A DNA stretch of 64,000 nucleotides from Basidiobolus meristosporus CBS 931.73 (taxonomy: Eukaryota; Fungi; Basidiobolomycota). Positions 1-12,841 of this stretch are shown here, one piece after another (the stretch's first letter is position 1; each line of letters starts with the position of its first letter). The translations under genes were made by a program, and so were the position numbers. The notes beneath the pieces are model-generated. The model saw nothing but the letters and a program-made list of their open reading frames with translations. It searched no databases and was not told where the DNA came from. The stretch lies in the NCBI GenBank assembly GCA_002104905.1, contig MCFE01000100.1, forward strand, positions 108,447-172,446, read 5' to 3'.

Positions 1-1100
1 ACCACAGACTTGGGTCATGAGTCACAGGTACTGATGCAGGTAATTGGCTAATGCCAGTTCATATACTTGATGCAATGAGTGGGACTAAAACATCTTGGTG
101 TATGATAAGATTCCCTAGCCAGTTGGGGTAAATTGTGACCACACCTACAGTTGTGTCTAATTGGTCATTTGCTAGCTGTACTTGAATGATATTGTTGGGA
201 ACTATTTCTAACTTTATTTGTTTTGCCAATGACTCTGCCATGATCAGCATAGAGGAACCTGTGTCAATGAGGGTAAGAATCTCCTTATTCTTAAACTATC
301 AAAAAAAATATAACCCAGATTTCATCACAATAATACAAAAGTGGCTTTTGAATAGTTTTCTGACAATTTTCTCACTCTCTGATCCTGAACACTCTATCAC
401 CTTGTACATTTGTGTGCATTGATTGGCTATTGCCTCTTTTTTACACTTCTTACTTCCTGACTCAGCTGTTTCTCTTACTTTTCAAGCATATAATTGATTT
501 ATATCTGTTAAAACTTCAGTTGTACCACAATTGCCAATTGCATTGTCCTATGCAGGTTCCTATACCCTATACTAACATTAAGTGCAACCCCACACTGAAG
601 AAGTAACTCCATTAAAATCCAGCACTCAATGGGTATTTCAGCTGTAACACTCTGTTTCCATGACCTTGGTGGGAACCCTACATCTTTATGCCACTATTCA
701 TTCACTTGTTCCCATATGTCCTGGTCTTCAGCCAGCACTGCAAGGTCTAGCACCTCATCTGCCAGTATTTGCAATAAATCCTTGCAATATTCAAGTGTGT
801 TTTCTTGAGCACTGATCTTGAGAAGTGCTGTGACCTCTTGATGTGCCTATTAATGTTCCAAAATTCCTGAGAAGACATTGTGGTAGTCTTTTGAGTTGTT
901 GGCATTGTCACTTTGTTTGTAGTGAGATCTCCACTCTGTCAACAATGATGCATATGGAGGCTGTTGTAGACAAACCCTATGAAAAAACTTGGTCCTGCAG
1001 GTGGTTCTGATTTGGATGAGCCATCAGGAGACTATTATAATACCAGCAGCTTGGAATTAATGGCCTTCTACGCAAACGTATGACAGGATTACAACAGTTT
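1..1100 (-). mobile_element. Degraded Ty3/Gypsy gag-protease remnant
   Basis: ORF 59..250 (-) resembles a retropepsin (SLAKQIKL...VQLANDQ...VGVVTI). Upstream frames are broken and the region is CpG-free. Boundaries are approximate. Confidence 0.4.
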
Positions 1101-2066
1101 TTGGCTGATTTTACCACCAAATAATGTTAAAAAACACAATAGTGTTTGGGTGGTGTATTGCTAAGAGTTGCATGGAATTGTTGCGGTCTTAATGCACTCT
1201 ACAACTATTTGAGTGGATTTAACTGGCAGTACATTCAATTCACTTATATGGCCAGAAACTTGACAGTGTTTTGATGGCCTCATTCCAAGCCTCTGATGAT
1301 ATTATCATGGCAGTACGGTGGCCTACTGCTAGTTCTATATAATGCTACCATACCAGTATAGCAAGTGGTATTTCCTTTATCTGCCTCCCCTTGTGCAATT
1401 TATATATTTTGCTGTTGAGTCAGCCCTCTTTATTTCCTGGCCCACTACCACCTTGGGTATTCCACATATAGTTTAAATCAGAGAAAACTATGGCCTCCTG
1501 CTTACTAACCTCTACAAACATACACACCTGCTATAATTGACATACTTCTATCACCACAACTTTACAGATTTTTGGTGTGATACTTGCAAAGTTGAAATAT
1601 ACCTTGTACTGCTGGTAACATATACATCTTGCAAACATATGCTTGGTTACCTCTACTTCTGCCATGAATACCTCCTGAATATCCACAAAGAACTTTTTGG
1701 TATTTAGCAAATATGTTCCTGCTCCCTTCTGGATTCTAGTCCCCCTTGAAGGTGAGTTCTGGCCCTTGTTTGTGTGAATTTTGTATTGAATGGTATAGCA
1801 ATTGGCTTGTAACCAATAGAAACCTGGCATACCTTGGTAGAGTTTTCCTAATAAAAATCAGTTGCTTGTTGCACTCAGCCCAACTTTGCATTACATAACT
1901 GATTACCCACACATTGGGGCTGCTTAGCTTCTTAATTCCATAGGAATAGGTGTCTCCATGTGCACATCTGTCCTCACTATTGTCCAACTCTTCCTGGAAA
2001 AGTGTAATGAAACTTTTGAATGAGTTAACTGAACCTATATGACAACTAAGCACAGAATCTTAGAAT

Positions 2067-2681
2067 TGTCAAGGGTGACAGAAATATTAGCAGAGAAGTA
2101 CTGGTTTAATATTGGCTTTGTATATAGTTGAGTTAGGCTATAAAGGCAACAGAGTTGCTTTGCTATACAGACTAGGCTTGGTGTTCATGGGAATTCTAGA
2201 TATGCTGGTCTTGGGTGGAAACTAGAACAGAATTGTTGAGTTCTTAATTTTGCTGAGGCACAATCCTAATTTTGTTGAGACACACACTAAACCAAAAGAT
2301 TTGGTAAGCTGTATTCATATTTCTCTGATCAAGTTGAATTAGTAAGAGCCAAGAGACTGGGCTGATTGAAATCTGTTTGGGTGCTCATAGGTGCATATGA
2401 TAAATGAGAAATTGCATCATTAATCAGCTGATGTCTTGGCAACTGCTCAGTAGTTGGATAGATCTCAGATGACTAATCACTTGGAATGGCTTAGCAGATC
2501 AGTTGAGGACATAATGACTGTATCATAACTGATCAGGTGTGACAGCTAAAAATTGATTTTGAGAAGTGATAACATAAACTATAGCTGGGATTAGTTATGC
2601 TTGGGTTAGGGAAAATCAGTTAGGGTACTAGATTTTCTAACAGAGTAATATAGGCTAAGTTTTAAATGTTGATGCACAACA
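2067..2681 (-). repeat. Putative 3' LTR of the chromovirus
   Basis: On the minus strand a purine tract GGGGAGGAAGTGA (PPT) directly precedes TGTTGTG at 2681. The end at ...TTGACA (2067) is tentative because no second LTR is available for comparison. Confidence 0.45.
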
Positions 2682-5600
2682 TCACTTCCTCCCCAGAGAG
2701 GAGTTTTCTGATATCTTTTGGGTTCCCCTGTGGCTCTAATACTGATTGAAGATGGCAAAATCATCAAAGTTGGTGTAAGGTTCCCAGGTGTTGTGTTTGG
2801 CATCATATCCTTTCCACTTGACTAAATAAGGGCAACTTAGTTCTTCTCTATCTTGGTCAACAATAGCTTCAACTTCATAGGATTTTGAAGTAACTGGGTC
2901 TTGAGATATAAGCTTCAGTGAAGAAGGTGGAAAGTTTTTGGGTAGCCATGCTCCTGTATTGTCCTGAAGTACATATGATCCTCCAGTGGTCCATCTGACA
3001 ACTTTGAATGGGCCTTCAAATTTGGGGTTGTGTTTAGATTGTTGGATTGGATCTAGTGTCATGACATATAACCCATCTGGCAAGCTGCTGTTCCTGTGTC
3101 TTAAGGCATATGTTGAAGTCATCTTTTGCTGTGAGGTCTTACATCTGGCACTGATATCAGGGTAGACAATGTTGTTAAGGTACTCAAGCCAGTTCTTTAG
3201 CTTGTCTGTATTCAATTTTGCTAACTCTGTATTCTGGTAGTCTCCAAAGTGTTTGAATTTTCTTCCATACATCAACAAAATGGCATCAATCCATGTAGAG
3301 CAGCAATTTTGGGGTTGATAGCATACTGTATGGTTGGAATGTACTTGTCCCAGTTACTCTTGATACCTTTGATAGATTTCATGATGATGATCACTGAGGT
3401 CTGAACATGTCTTTCAGCAAGTCCATTAGCTTTGCAATGATATGGAGTGATCAGAAGGTGATTAATGGCGCTATTCTGACAAAGGGTTTTGATCACGTGA
3501 TTCACAAACGCTGCTCCATTATCTGATTGAATTACCTTGCGGAATCCTAATAGGCAGAAGAGCTTGAATTGTGCTTGTGCAATAGTGACAGCATGCTTGT
3601 CTGGGATAGCTTGGAGGAAGACAATATATGTGCAGACATCCACAGCTGTAAAGAGGCAGTGATTACAATCATCAATAGTGGTGAAAGGTCCAGCCAGATC
3701 AATTGCAATATGATCCATAGGAAGGCTTGCATGGATGGGACTCAAAGGGTGAAATCCTAGTGATATCCATCAGAATGTAGCCTCTTCATAAGTGTGCCAG
3801 CTCCAAAGTGGCCATGCAAATGACTCCTCTGCATCAATGTTTTCATTTCATTGGCATGTGGAAATGTCCAAGTTGCTGAATCCAGTTAAGGAATTATTTT
3901 GGAAGCTGTAGTGAGCTTACTGACTATGTCAGTAATCACATGTCCCTCCCAAGGTGAAGTTGGGAAAAGTCTTGAGAGGTGGTCAGGCAGGATGTTGAGG
4001 ATTCCTTGGCAATGAGTAACTGTATATTCATAATCAAGTTGAGTATCAAGCCAGTTGGTGAGCATTAGAGTCAGAGTCTGTTGAGTATGGATATAGACAA
4101 GGGCTTGGTGGTCAGTGTACAGGGTAAAGGGTTACCCCATAAGTACTGATGAAACTTCTTCAAGGCAACAACTATGGCAAGTGGCTCATTCTTAGCAGCA
4201 GAGTAGTTTCTCTCAGCAGGTTGTGGTGACTTGGCTTGGAAAGAGATCTAGTGAGGTGGATTTTGGTCTTCATCCTGGTATAGGACAGCCCCTAACCCAA
4301 CATTAGATGCATCTGTAGCAACAACAAAGGTCTTAGTAAGGCCTGGGTAGGATAGGGTGGGTGCTAGTGGGAGCAGCTGGCAGAGTGACTCAAATGCTTG
4401 GGCATGATCCTTGTTCCAGGCTGAAGGAAGATCAGGACTATGGCATGATGCATCCAAAGGGGCACTCAAAGAGGACATGAGAGGAATGTGTTCCCTGAAA
4501 TAGCTGAATACTCAAAGATAATGTTGGAGTTTCTTAGCGTTAGTGGGTTTTGGCCATTCAGGAATATTGACCAGCATGAAAGGGTCAAGTTGGTGGCCAT
4601 CTGGTGTGACTATGAATCCAGGAAGATTGATTTTGAGGCAAGCAAGACTGCACTTTTCAGCATTAAGAATCAGTCCAGCAGCTGTTAGTCTATTGATGAC
4701 ATTGATGACATGAGTTGCATGATCATCATGGTTTGTGGAAAATATGATGGCATCATCAACAAATACTAAGGTGTATGTTGCATTCTTGAGTATCATAGTC
4801 ATGACTCTCTGGAACATGCTGGTAAGTGTCTTTAGGCCAAAGGGAGCTCCCTGAAACATCCATTTCATAATATTCCTAGTAAAGGCAGTTGTATGCTGAT
4901 GATAAGGATGGATCTGGATTTGGTGATATGCATCCTTCATGTCCAATTTGGAGAATACTTTTACACCTGATAGTGAGGAAAAGATATCCTGGATTTGTGG
5001 AATTGGAAGTTTATCATCTTGGAGAAGTTTGTTCAGAGGTCTAGGGTCCAAACAGGGCCTCTTCAGAGTTAGATTTCCATTTGCATCCTTCTTGGGTGCA
5101 AGTATCAAAGGGCTATTGAATATTGTGTTGACAGGGGCTTGAGTGATAATTCCATTGTCAGCCCACTTTTGGACTATTTCATCAACTAAGTGCTGACAAG
5201 AATGTGGAATTGGGTATTGCCTCCTCCATGTTGACTCACCAGGTGGGGTTTCTAGCATAACAATGGATTCTGGAATAGTGCAGAAACTGCTCCTAGGAAT
5301 GACTTGGTTTCTTTCAATGGCCGGCTGAATTTCCAATTTGACTGATTGAGAATACACTTGAAAAGTTGGGGTTGCTCCTCTGCTTCCAGAAGGGGAGATA
5401 TAATCTCTGGAATCCAATCTGTTCTGGGTGGCTGAGACTTAGTGATTCCAGGATATGAAACTTGTAGTCTGTCTATATGAAAGCCAAGTTTGGTGAAGGT
5501 GTCTAGACCAATGACTAACTGAGGTCCATCTGGAATGTCAATAACTTCTATTTGATGGATTATAGTCATTGAACCACAATGTATGCTGATTGGGTTGGTG

Positions 5601-5890
5601 ATACCAATTCTTGGGGCTGAGAGGTCCTTAGCTGCAAGTATGATTTTTCCTGGTTGATTTTCTATTTCCAATTTGAGTTCTTTGACTACATTAGGTGATA
5701 CAATAGAGTTGGATCATCCAGTGTCTAGTAGTGCTACATATGATTGGCCATTGAGTTAGAGTGGCACCTCTATAGCTTTTGGCTGTGCAATCAGTTGCTT
5801 CTTTTCTTGAACAGTTGCAATCTTAGCTGGAATTTCAAAAAGGTTGTTATAATCTTAAACTGTCAGTTCTTCATATGATTCCTCACACCC
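2067..5890 (-). mobile_element. Ty3/Gypsy chromovirus-type LTR retrotransposon, decayed and 5'-interrupted
   Basis: Gypsy domain order in broken ORFs: protease region (5252..5671), RT (4512..5417; LDMKDAYHQI, PFGL, FVDD), RNase H (4248..4478; VATDASNVGLGAVL), integrase (3272..3745; IAIDLAGP, SDNGAAF, GLAER), then GPF/Y motif and chromodomain (2736..3278; YEVEAIVD...YLVKWKGY...NTWEP). Confidence 0.9.
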
Positions 5891-5943
5891 TGTCATTTCA
5901 TTAGCTGAATTTCATCTAGGATCTGAGTAATCTTTGCCATTGG

Positions 5944-7387
5944 TGTAGTGGGGTCACAATGACACCCACTGACAGATGTGCTCATTCCTATATTTTCTAC
6001 TTCCCTATTCCTCTACTACACTTATTTTAGTTTCATCCCATTTGTCTTACTTAGTCAGTACTATCCCAAAAGCCAGCTGACTATCACACCTGCTTACCTT
6101 ATTGAATAAGTTATCCCTCACTTTATGTAAGATTACTAGCTGTAAGTGCTTCTATATTAGGCAGGTACCCGTGCCAGTACCTGTGACATATGATCTACCC
6201 ATGTCACCATCCCTACCATTTCTATACCATATATGATATCCCTATGCTACACAGGCTTCTGAGTACTGATTCCTGATTAGTTGGATGTGCTGTGCCTCTT
6301 AGAACCTTCTGGGACCTACTTAGAATACTCTTAGCTCATTCTGATGTGATTAAGATTTCTACTGATCTCTGGAACCTTCTGGAACACCATGATTAGTATT
6401 CACTTAGCCAGTGAGAGAAGTATAAAAGGGAGGCAATCCCTCAACAATAAATCATCATCCCTTTTATCAATAAGCCAACTTGTTGATTAGTGTGATCACT
6501 GCTACCTGCTGCTACCTGAACTTCCAACCCCAGACCACAGGACACTCCCAGGAAACTGCATTGACAGCCAACTGACCTTGGAAGCACTACTTGGGAGGAA
6601 TACTCAGAGTAGGTATCTTTGATTATATTTGATTCTTTCCCAAGTTTGTTCTTGTTCAGGCAAAGAAACTTTTCTGTCTTTGTAACTATTGACCACAGCT
6701 GCATTGTTATCAAGTCCCTGCCGGTGGAGTTTACAATTGTTTTGACTTTGGAAGCTTTAATGCAGTGTCATATCAAAGGACACTAAACCCAGTACATACT
6801 TTTGTTAAGACACCAACTAAGTTGGGAATTGTAGCTCAATAGTTCTCTCTTGACAGGCCTGTGACTTTATTCCCCCTCACATTAAATTAGAGACAGAACC
6901 CAAGTATTTGTAGCAAGCTTTTGCCAGAGGTTATTGCACCCAGTAAGCACCACACACGCAAAACACTTGAGAAGTGTTGTATGTATCTCTCCCTTGGACT
7001 TATACACCACCACATATTTGGCACCCAATGTGGGGGGATTCATACAAGCTCCTTAGGACCCAACAAGATGTATCTGTAAATTTGAGCCATTGTCCACTTA
7101 TTGAAAAGAGACTACCAATACCATCAAGATTACAACACCAACCTACCTACCCAGAATGAACTCTATGCCATTACCACTCTCACATGGAGCTCCACAGTTT
7201 GATGGAAGAAATATGGAAAGCTTCATATTCCAATGGGAGAAGCTCTGCAAGATGTGCAGCCTATCTGAACAAGAAATGGCTGAGGACTTCCCCTACTACT
7301 GCACCAAAGATATTACCACTAAGCTTCTCAGACAAAGTGACATTCTCACTGACTGGGCCTTAATGAAGACCTACCTACAAACCAAAT
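5944..7387 (+). mobile_element. 5' end of a second Ty3/Gypsy element (LTR, PBS, start of gag), cut by Copia LTR insertion
   Basis: TGTAGTGG (5944) ... CCACCACA (7014) form imperfect inverted termini, with TATAAAA at 6421. A PBS follows at 7019. ORF 7156..7395 is gag-like (APQFDGRNMESFIFQWEKLC) and stops at the Copia LTR at 7388. Confidence 0.65.
7019..7035 (+). other. Primer-binding site for tRNA-Lys(CUU), CpG-decayed
   Basis: TGGCACCCAATGTGGGG equals the Lys(CUU) PBS TGGCGCCCAACGTGGGG with both CpGs mutated (CG>CA, CG>TG). It lies 4 nt after the LTR end. Confidence 0.75.
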
Positions 7388-7611
7388 TGTTGTAAGAGTC
7401 TTGGAGATATTGGAAGTGATTGGGAGAACAAGTAGATTATGTGGTTTTCACTTAATGATTTACTGAATGTAAAAGTAGTATTTATACTTTTACATGGTCT
7501 TGGCATTAGAAACATGTAAAATAGGCTAATGAAGGTCCCAAAAACATGTGTGCAAAGTTTGGGGCTGTTTGGACAGCTTTGAGAATTTTCATGTTCTAGG
7601 TACCTGGTACT
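7388..7611 (-). repeat. Truncated Copia-family LTR
   Basis: Starts TGTTGTAAGAGTCTTGGAG on the plus strand, matches the LTRs at 7612 and 11946, and breaks off where the next LTR begins. Confidence 0.85.
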
Positions 7612-7960
7612 TGTTGCAAGAGTCTTGGAGATATTGGAAGTGATTGGGAGAACAAGTAGATTATGTGGTTTTCACTTAATGATTTATTGAATGTAAAAGT
7701 AGTATTTATAGTTTTACCTGGTCTTGGCATTACAAACATGTAGAATAGGTTAAGGAAGGTCCCAAGAACATGTGTGCAAAGTTTGGGGCTGTTTGGACAA
7801 CTTTGAGAATTTTCATGTTCTGGGTACCTGGTATTTTGGTGAAATTATTCCAAGTAAATCCCAACAAGGAATTTGGTCAGTATTCTCTAGGATTTGAAGG
7901 TGATGATCTAAGTGACTAAGTTAGGTGAATATTTAGGTGGAAATACAAATTTTTACAACA
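7612..7960 (-). repeat. Copia 3' LTR
   Basis: TGTTG...CAACA termini, adjacent to the PPT, homologous to 11946..12293. Confidence 0.9.
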
Positions 7961-10900
7961 CTCCCACTCAGCTAAATGTCCATACTGACTAGTCGTAATT
8001 TTGACCTAAGATATTCAAACTTGTCTCTAGCCAATGGTTTGGTAAATATGTCTGCAATCATTTCATCTGTAGAACAGTTAACTAAGCTAACTAAGTTATT
8101 CTCTATAGCTTCACGTATGAAATGATGTCTAATATCTATGTGCTTGGTTCTAGCATGAAAAGTTGGATTTCTACCTAATTGTATACATCCTTGATTATCT
8201 TGAAATAAAGTAATAGGCGTTTTTTGACATAGGCCTAAATCTGCAAAGAGCTTTCTTAACCACATTGCTTCTTTTGTAGCTTCACAGGCTGCAATATACT
8301 CTGCCTCTGTAGTAGAAAGTGCTACGGTTGGTTGCTTTCTTGAATTCCATGAAATTGCTCCTTTACAGTAAAGAAAGGTGTATCCTGTGGTGGATCTTCT
8401 GTCTTCCAAATTTTGTCCCCAATCAGCCTCAGAGTATCCCACAAGATCCTGTTCTGAATCCTTATAAGTGTATCTTAAGCAGATATCAGCAGTTTCTTTT
8501 AGGTATCTAAAAATCCGCTTAACTGCTGCAATATGATCAGATCCATAATTCTGATTATGTTGGCTGACAACTCCCACTGAATATGAGATATCTGGACGTG
8601 TTCCAAGCATGCTATACATCAGACTGCCGACCATAGATTGATAAGGAAAGTCAGGGCTTTCAGATGGCACCAAGCTCTCTTGATTTGGTTGAGTTTTGAC
8701 CAAGTTAAGGTTTGTCTCCATTGGGGTAGCTGCCGGTTTACAGTCTTCCAGTTGGTACTTCTTTAGTATATCTTGAATATACTTGGATTGGCTTATGGTG
8801 ATAGTCTGGGTACTTCTGTCTATGGAGAACTTAATCCCTAAGTAGTAACTAAGTTCTCCTAGATTGGACATCTTGAACTCCTTAGATAGGCTAGATTTAG
8901 TCTCTTCCAATGTTTCTAGGTTATTGGCGGCTAAAATAAGATCATCCACATATAGAGCTAATAGAACTGGATTTGCTCTATCTGGCTTATAGTATATACT
9001 ATAGTCAGCATTACTCCTTTTGAAACTCAAAGATTCCAAATAAGAATCTATCTTGCAATTCCAGGCTCTTGGTGATTGTTTGAGACCATATAGTTACTTT
9101 TTAAGCTTGCAGACCAAATGGGGGTTATCTTGGTCAACAAACCCATCAGGCTGGTCCATATACACGTCCTCATCAAGTTCTCCATTCAAAAATGCAGTTT
9201 TTACATCCATTTGATGAATAAAAAACTTATATTTGGCTGCAATAGCCAATATTAATCTGATGGAATTAAACTTGGCTACCGGTGCAAAGGTCTCAGTATA
9301 GTCAAGTCCTTTTGTTTGAGAGTATCCTTTGGCTACAAGTCTTGCTTTGTATCTTTCAATTGTACCATCAGCCTTGTATTTTGTCTTGAAGACCCATCTG
9401 CATCTAATTGATTTTTGGTTGATTGGTAATGTGGCTAAGTCCCAAGTTTGATTTTCCATCAGGGCCTGATATTCCTCAGTCATTGCAGATCTCCAAAACT
9501 TCATCTGAGGGCTATTTAGGGCCTCTTTTACAGTCTGGGGTTCATCAATATGGACTGAATAGGCATAGGCTAAGTTTGTGCCCTCATTGATATAGTAATT
9601 TGGGCTATTTCTTGTCTGATTGGATCTCCAGGCATTTGATACTGGAATGATCACTTCTGGGATATTCCTGGGCACTGATTCAGGCTGAGCCACAGTTGTA
9701 GAGTCCTCTGGAGTAAAAAAATTTTCACTGTTTTACTCTGACTCAATCCTGACAATTGGTGGACTTGAGATCAAATTTTTGTCATTATCTGATGTCATTT
9801 TTTGTGAAAGTTTTGAATTTTCCTCAAACAACACATCCCTGAGCTTGATTAGCTTCTTTGCTTTGGTATTGTAGAGTCTGTATGCTTAACTCTTATTGCA
9901 GTAGTCCAATAATATGCATTTTACACTGTTTGGCTCAAATTTTGACTGATTTCTGGGCAGATTCTTGGCATATGCTGTACATCCAAATATTCTTAGATGT
10001 TCTGCACTTGGTCTGTATCCATACCATGCTTCAAATGGAGTAGAATCAAAAGTATTCTGTTATAACTCCTGTTTTTAAGGTATACAGCTGTGGCAACTGA
10101 TTCCACCCAAAAATCATAGGATAATTTTTGATCATGGATCATAGATTTTGCCATATCAATTGTTGTTCTGTTTGCATGTTCTGCTACTCCATTTTGCTGT
10201 GGGGAGTATGGTACAGTAGTCTCTTGCTTTATCCCATGAATTTTGCCGAAGTGGATGAAGAGTTTTGAGGTATATTCTCCACCAATGTCAGAGTGTATTT
10301 TCTTGATTTTTTCACCAGTTTCTCTCTCCACCATGGCTTTAAACTCCCTAAGCTTAGACAGAGCTTCTTCCTTTCTCTTCATGAAGTAGACTCATGTGTA
10401 TTGTGTATAATCATCAATAAAAGTGATTAAATACTTCATCCCGCCTAGGGATAAATTTTGCAAAGGTCCACACAGATCTGAGTGAATTAGATCTAATTTT
10501 TCTTAGTTTTAATTAACCCAGAGCTCTTGAATGGTTGTCTGGCTTGTTTCCCATATATGCAGGCTTCACAGTGCTCCAAATTAGCTGGGGGACCAATTTT
10601 TACTCTGGAAATTAGCTGATCTTTGATCATTTTGCACAAATAATCATAGTTGATGTGTCCAAATCTCCTGTGCCAAAGTATTGGTGTCGCTTCATTTAAG
10701 TTACTTATATTGGCTTCCAAATGTGATGGAATATAAGTCAACTTGTATAGATTCTGATCTCTGATACCCAAAGTAATATGGGCACCATTTTGATCAGTGA
10801 TCTTGCATCCAGAATTGTCAAAGCTGAAACTGAGTTCTTCTGCAGTGGCCTTGCTTACAGATAGTAGGTTCTTGGCTATTTCTGGTACATAGAGTACTTC

Positions 10901-11933
10901 TTTGAAGGTCAGTGTATGGGTTCCTTCACTGCTTCTTAGATTTACTTGGATAGTTCCTTCTCCCACTGCATCAAGTGTTCTATTGTCACCTATGAAAACC
11001 TTCTTAATTAGAATTTCTTGATATTGGGTAAAAAGTTCTATTTGGTGTGTAAAGTGTTGAGATGCTCCAGAGTCAATATACCATGTCTGAGAATCCTTGT
11101 TTGTGGTCATATATAGTGCAGGTATGAGTAGTCTTTCTTCAGTTGTTGCAGCATTTTCATGTTCAGGCTTCTTTTGCTGATTATCTTTCTTTTTGAAGCA
11201 CCAGTCTAATATGTGTACTTTCCTTTTGCAGTAGTTACAAAACAGGTTGCTGTTACCTTTGTAGGGTCTTGGGTACCTCCTTTGTTGGTTATCATTGCTT
11301 ATTAAAGCATTTTCTTCTTCCTTCTTATTTGGGCTTGATTTTCTTAATTCTTCATCCAGGAGCCTTCTATATATGTAATATAAGGTCAAATCTTCAGTTC
11401 TGGTCTCAAGGGCTGATACAAGGCCCTGAAACTTGTCTGTCAGGCTATTCAGGATGGTAACTATCACATCCTCATCAGTAGTTGGTACACCCACAGATCC
11501 CATTTCATCTACCAGCAGGGAAATTCTGTTAATTAGATTTTTCATTTCTTCTCCTAGTAGCATCTTTGTAGTAAAGAATTTTTGTCTCAGATACATTTTC
11601 TGAGCAGCTGAACATGACTGGTAGGTGTCTTCTAATGCCTTCCAGGCATTCTTTGTCATTTTTGCTCTTGAGCATTGAATTAGCAATTTGTCCTTGACAT
11701 TAAGGCAAATGCAGTTAAAGGCACTTTGTTCTTTCTTCTGGTACTTTAAGGCTTCCTCTCCCACATTTTTTGGAGGGTATTCTTCTCCCATGACAATATC
11801 CCAATGGCCTCTTTGTTGTAGCAGCATCTTCATCTTCACCTTCCACACTTGGTAGTTAGATCCATCCAACTTTTCAGCAGAGTGAAATATTCCAGTAATA
11901 GCAGTAGTAGACATTGCAGAGAGTGACAGCTTG

Positions 11934-11945
11934 GGGCTCATAGCC
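11934..11945 (-). other. Copia PBS of half-tRNA-iMet type
   Basis: GGCTATGAGCCC directly after the LTR, one mismatch to GGTTATGAGCCC, which is complementary to the initiator-tRNA anticodon stem-loop. Its ATG is in frame with gag (MSPKLSLSAM). Confidence 0.75.
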
Positions 11946-12293
11946 TGTTGTAAGAGTTTTGGAGATATTGGAAGTGATTGGGAGAACAAGTAGATTATGT
12001 GGTTTTCACTTGATGATTTATTGAATGTAAAGTAGTATTTATACTTTTACATGATCTTGGCTTTACAAATATGTAAAATAGGCTAATGCAGGTCCCAAGA
12101 ACATGTGTGCAAAGTTTGGGGCTGTTTGGACAACTTTGAGAATTTGCATGTTGTAGGTACCTGGTATTTTGGTGAAAATATTTTAAGTAAATCCCAACAA
12201 GGAATTTGGTTGGTATTCACTAGGATTTGAAGGTAATGATCCAAGTGACTAAGCTAGGTGAATATTTAGGTGGAATTACAAATTTTTTCAACA
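11946..12293 (-). repeat. Copia 5' LTR
   Basis: TGTTG...CAACA termini, followed on the minus strand by the PBS and gag. Confidence 0.9.
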
Positions 12294-12841
12294 TATTCAA
12301 CATAAGATGAACATACTGCACTGTGTATCTGAGCTCAAATGAGATACCAATAGTATCCTGCTGACTCATATCACTGATGAGGCCAAGACATGCAGCCAGC
12401 ATGTGAAGATTGAAGAGGTGAAACTGTCACAGTCACTGATCATCACACAAAAGGTGATAAAAATACAACCTGCCTGTGAGATGGTGATCTTGTAAGAGAC
12501 ACCCATAGCTTGTTTGACAAATGAGTATATGATAACCCCAACAAAGGTATTGGACCATCTAGTAGGAATCTCAGTCCTTAAAGCATCAATACCACCAAAA
12601 TTTGAAGAGCAAAGCTTGAACTGCTTAGTAGTTAATCACATACAATGCACAGTGATACTACCTAGAGGAGTGTTGTTGTTGAACATACAAGAAGTTGACG
12701 GTAACAACCAAGTACCACCTACAGGCAAAGAGCCAAAAGAGGAGCCCCCTGAGCTGGATGTGGACCCTGGTCCACCTCCTGTGCTACAGGATAAATACCT
12801 AGAAGGAATACACCCACCTGTCCATGTATTCTCTAAGAACC

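Larger units (their letters stand above)
7612..12293 (-). mobile_element. Ty1/Copia LTR retrotransposon, near full length, with frameshifts and stops
   Basis: gag (10493..11989; KLDGSNY.VW, CNYCKRKVH knuckle), protease (WYIDSGASQH), GAG-pre-integrase (LWHRRFGH), integrase (9993..10382; PQQNGVAE), RT (9094..9693; QMDVKTAFLNG; 7972..9039 LYVDDL) and RNase H (ALSTTEAEY, IADIFTK). Two ~348-bp LTRs, a PBS and a PPT (GAGTGGGAG next to 7960). No matching target-site duplication found. Confidence 0.95.

Noticed and set aside
1100-2060. CpG-free segment with broken ORFs (1531..1830, 1736..2053)
   Set aside because: Probably a TE remnant, but no domain could be identified, so it is not classified.
6126-6735. 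Possible solo LTR (TGTAAG...TTTACA) nested in the 5944-7014 LTR
   Set aside because: The flanks (CTTTA / ATTGT) give no target-site duplication and there is no second copy to compare.
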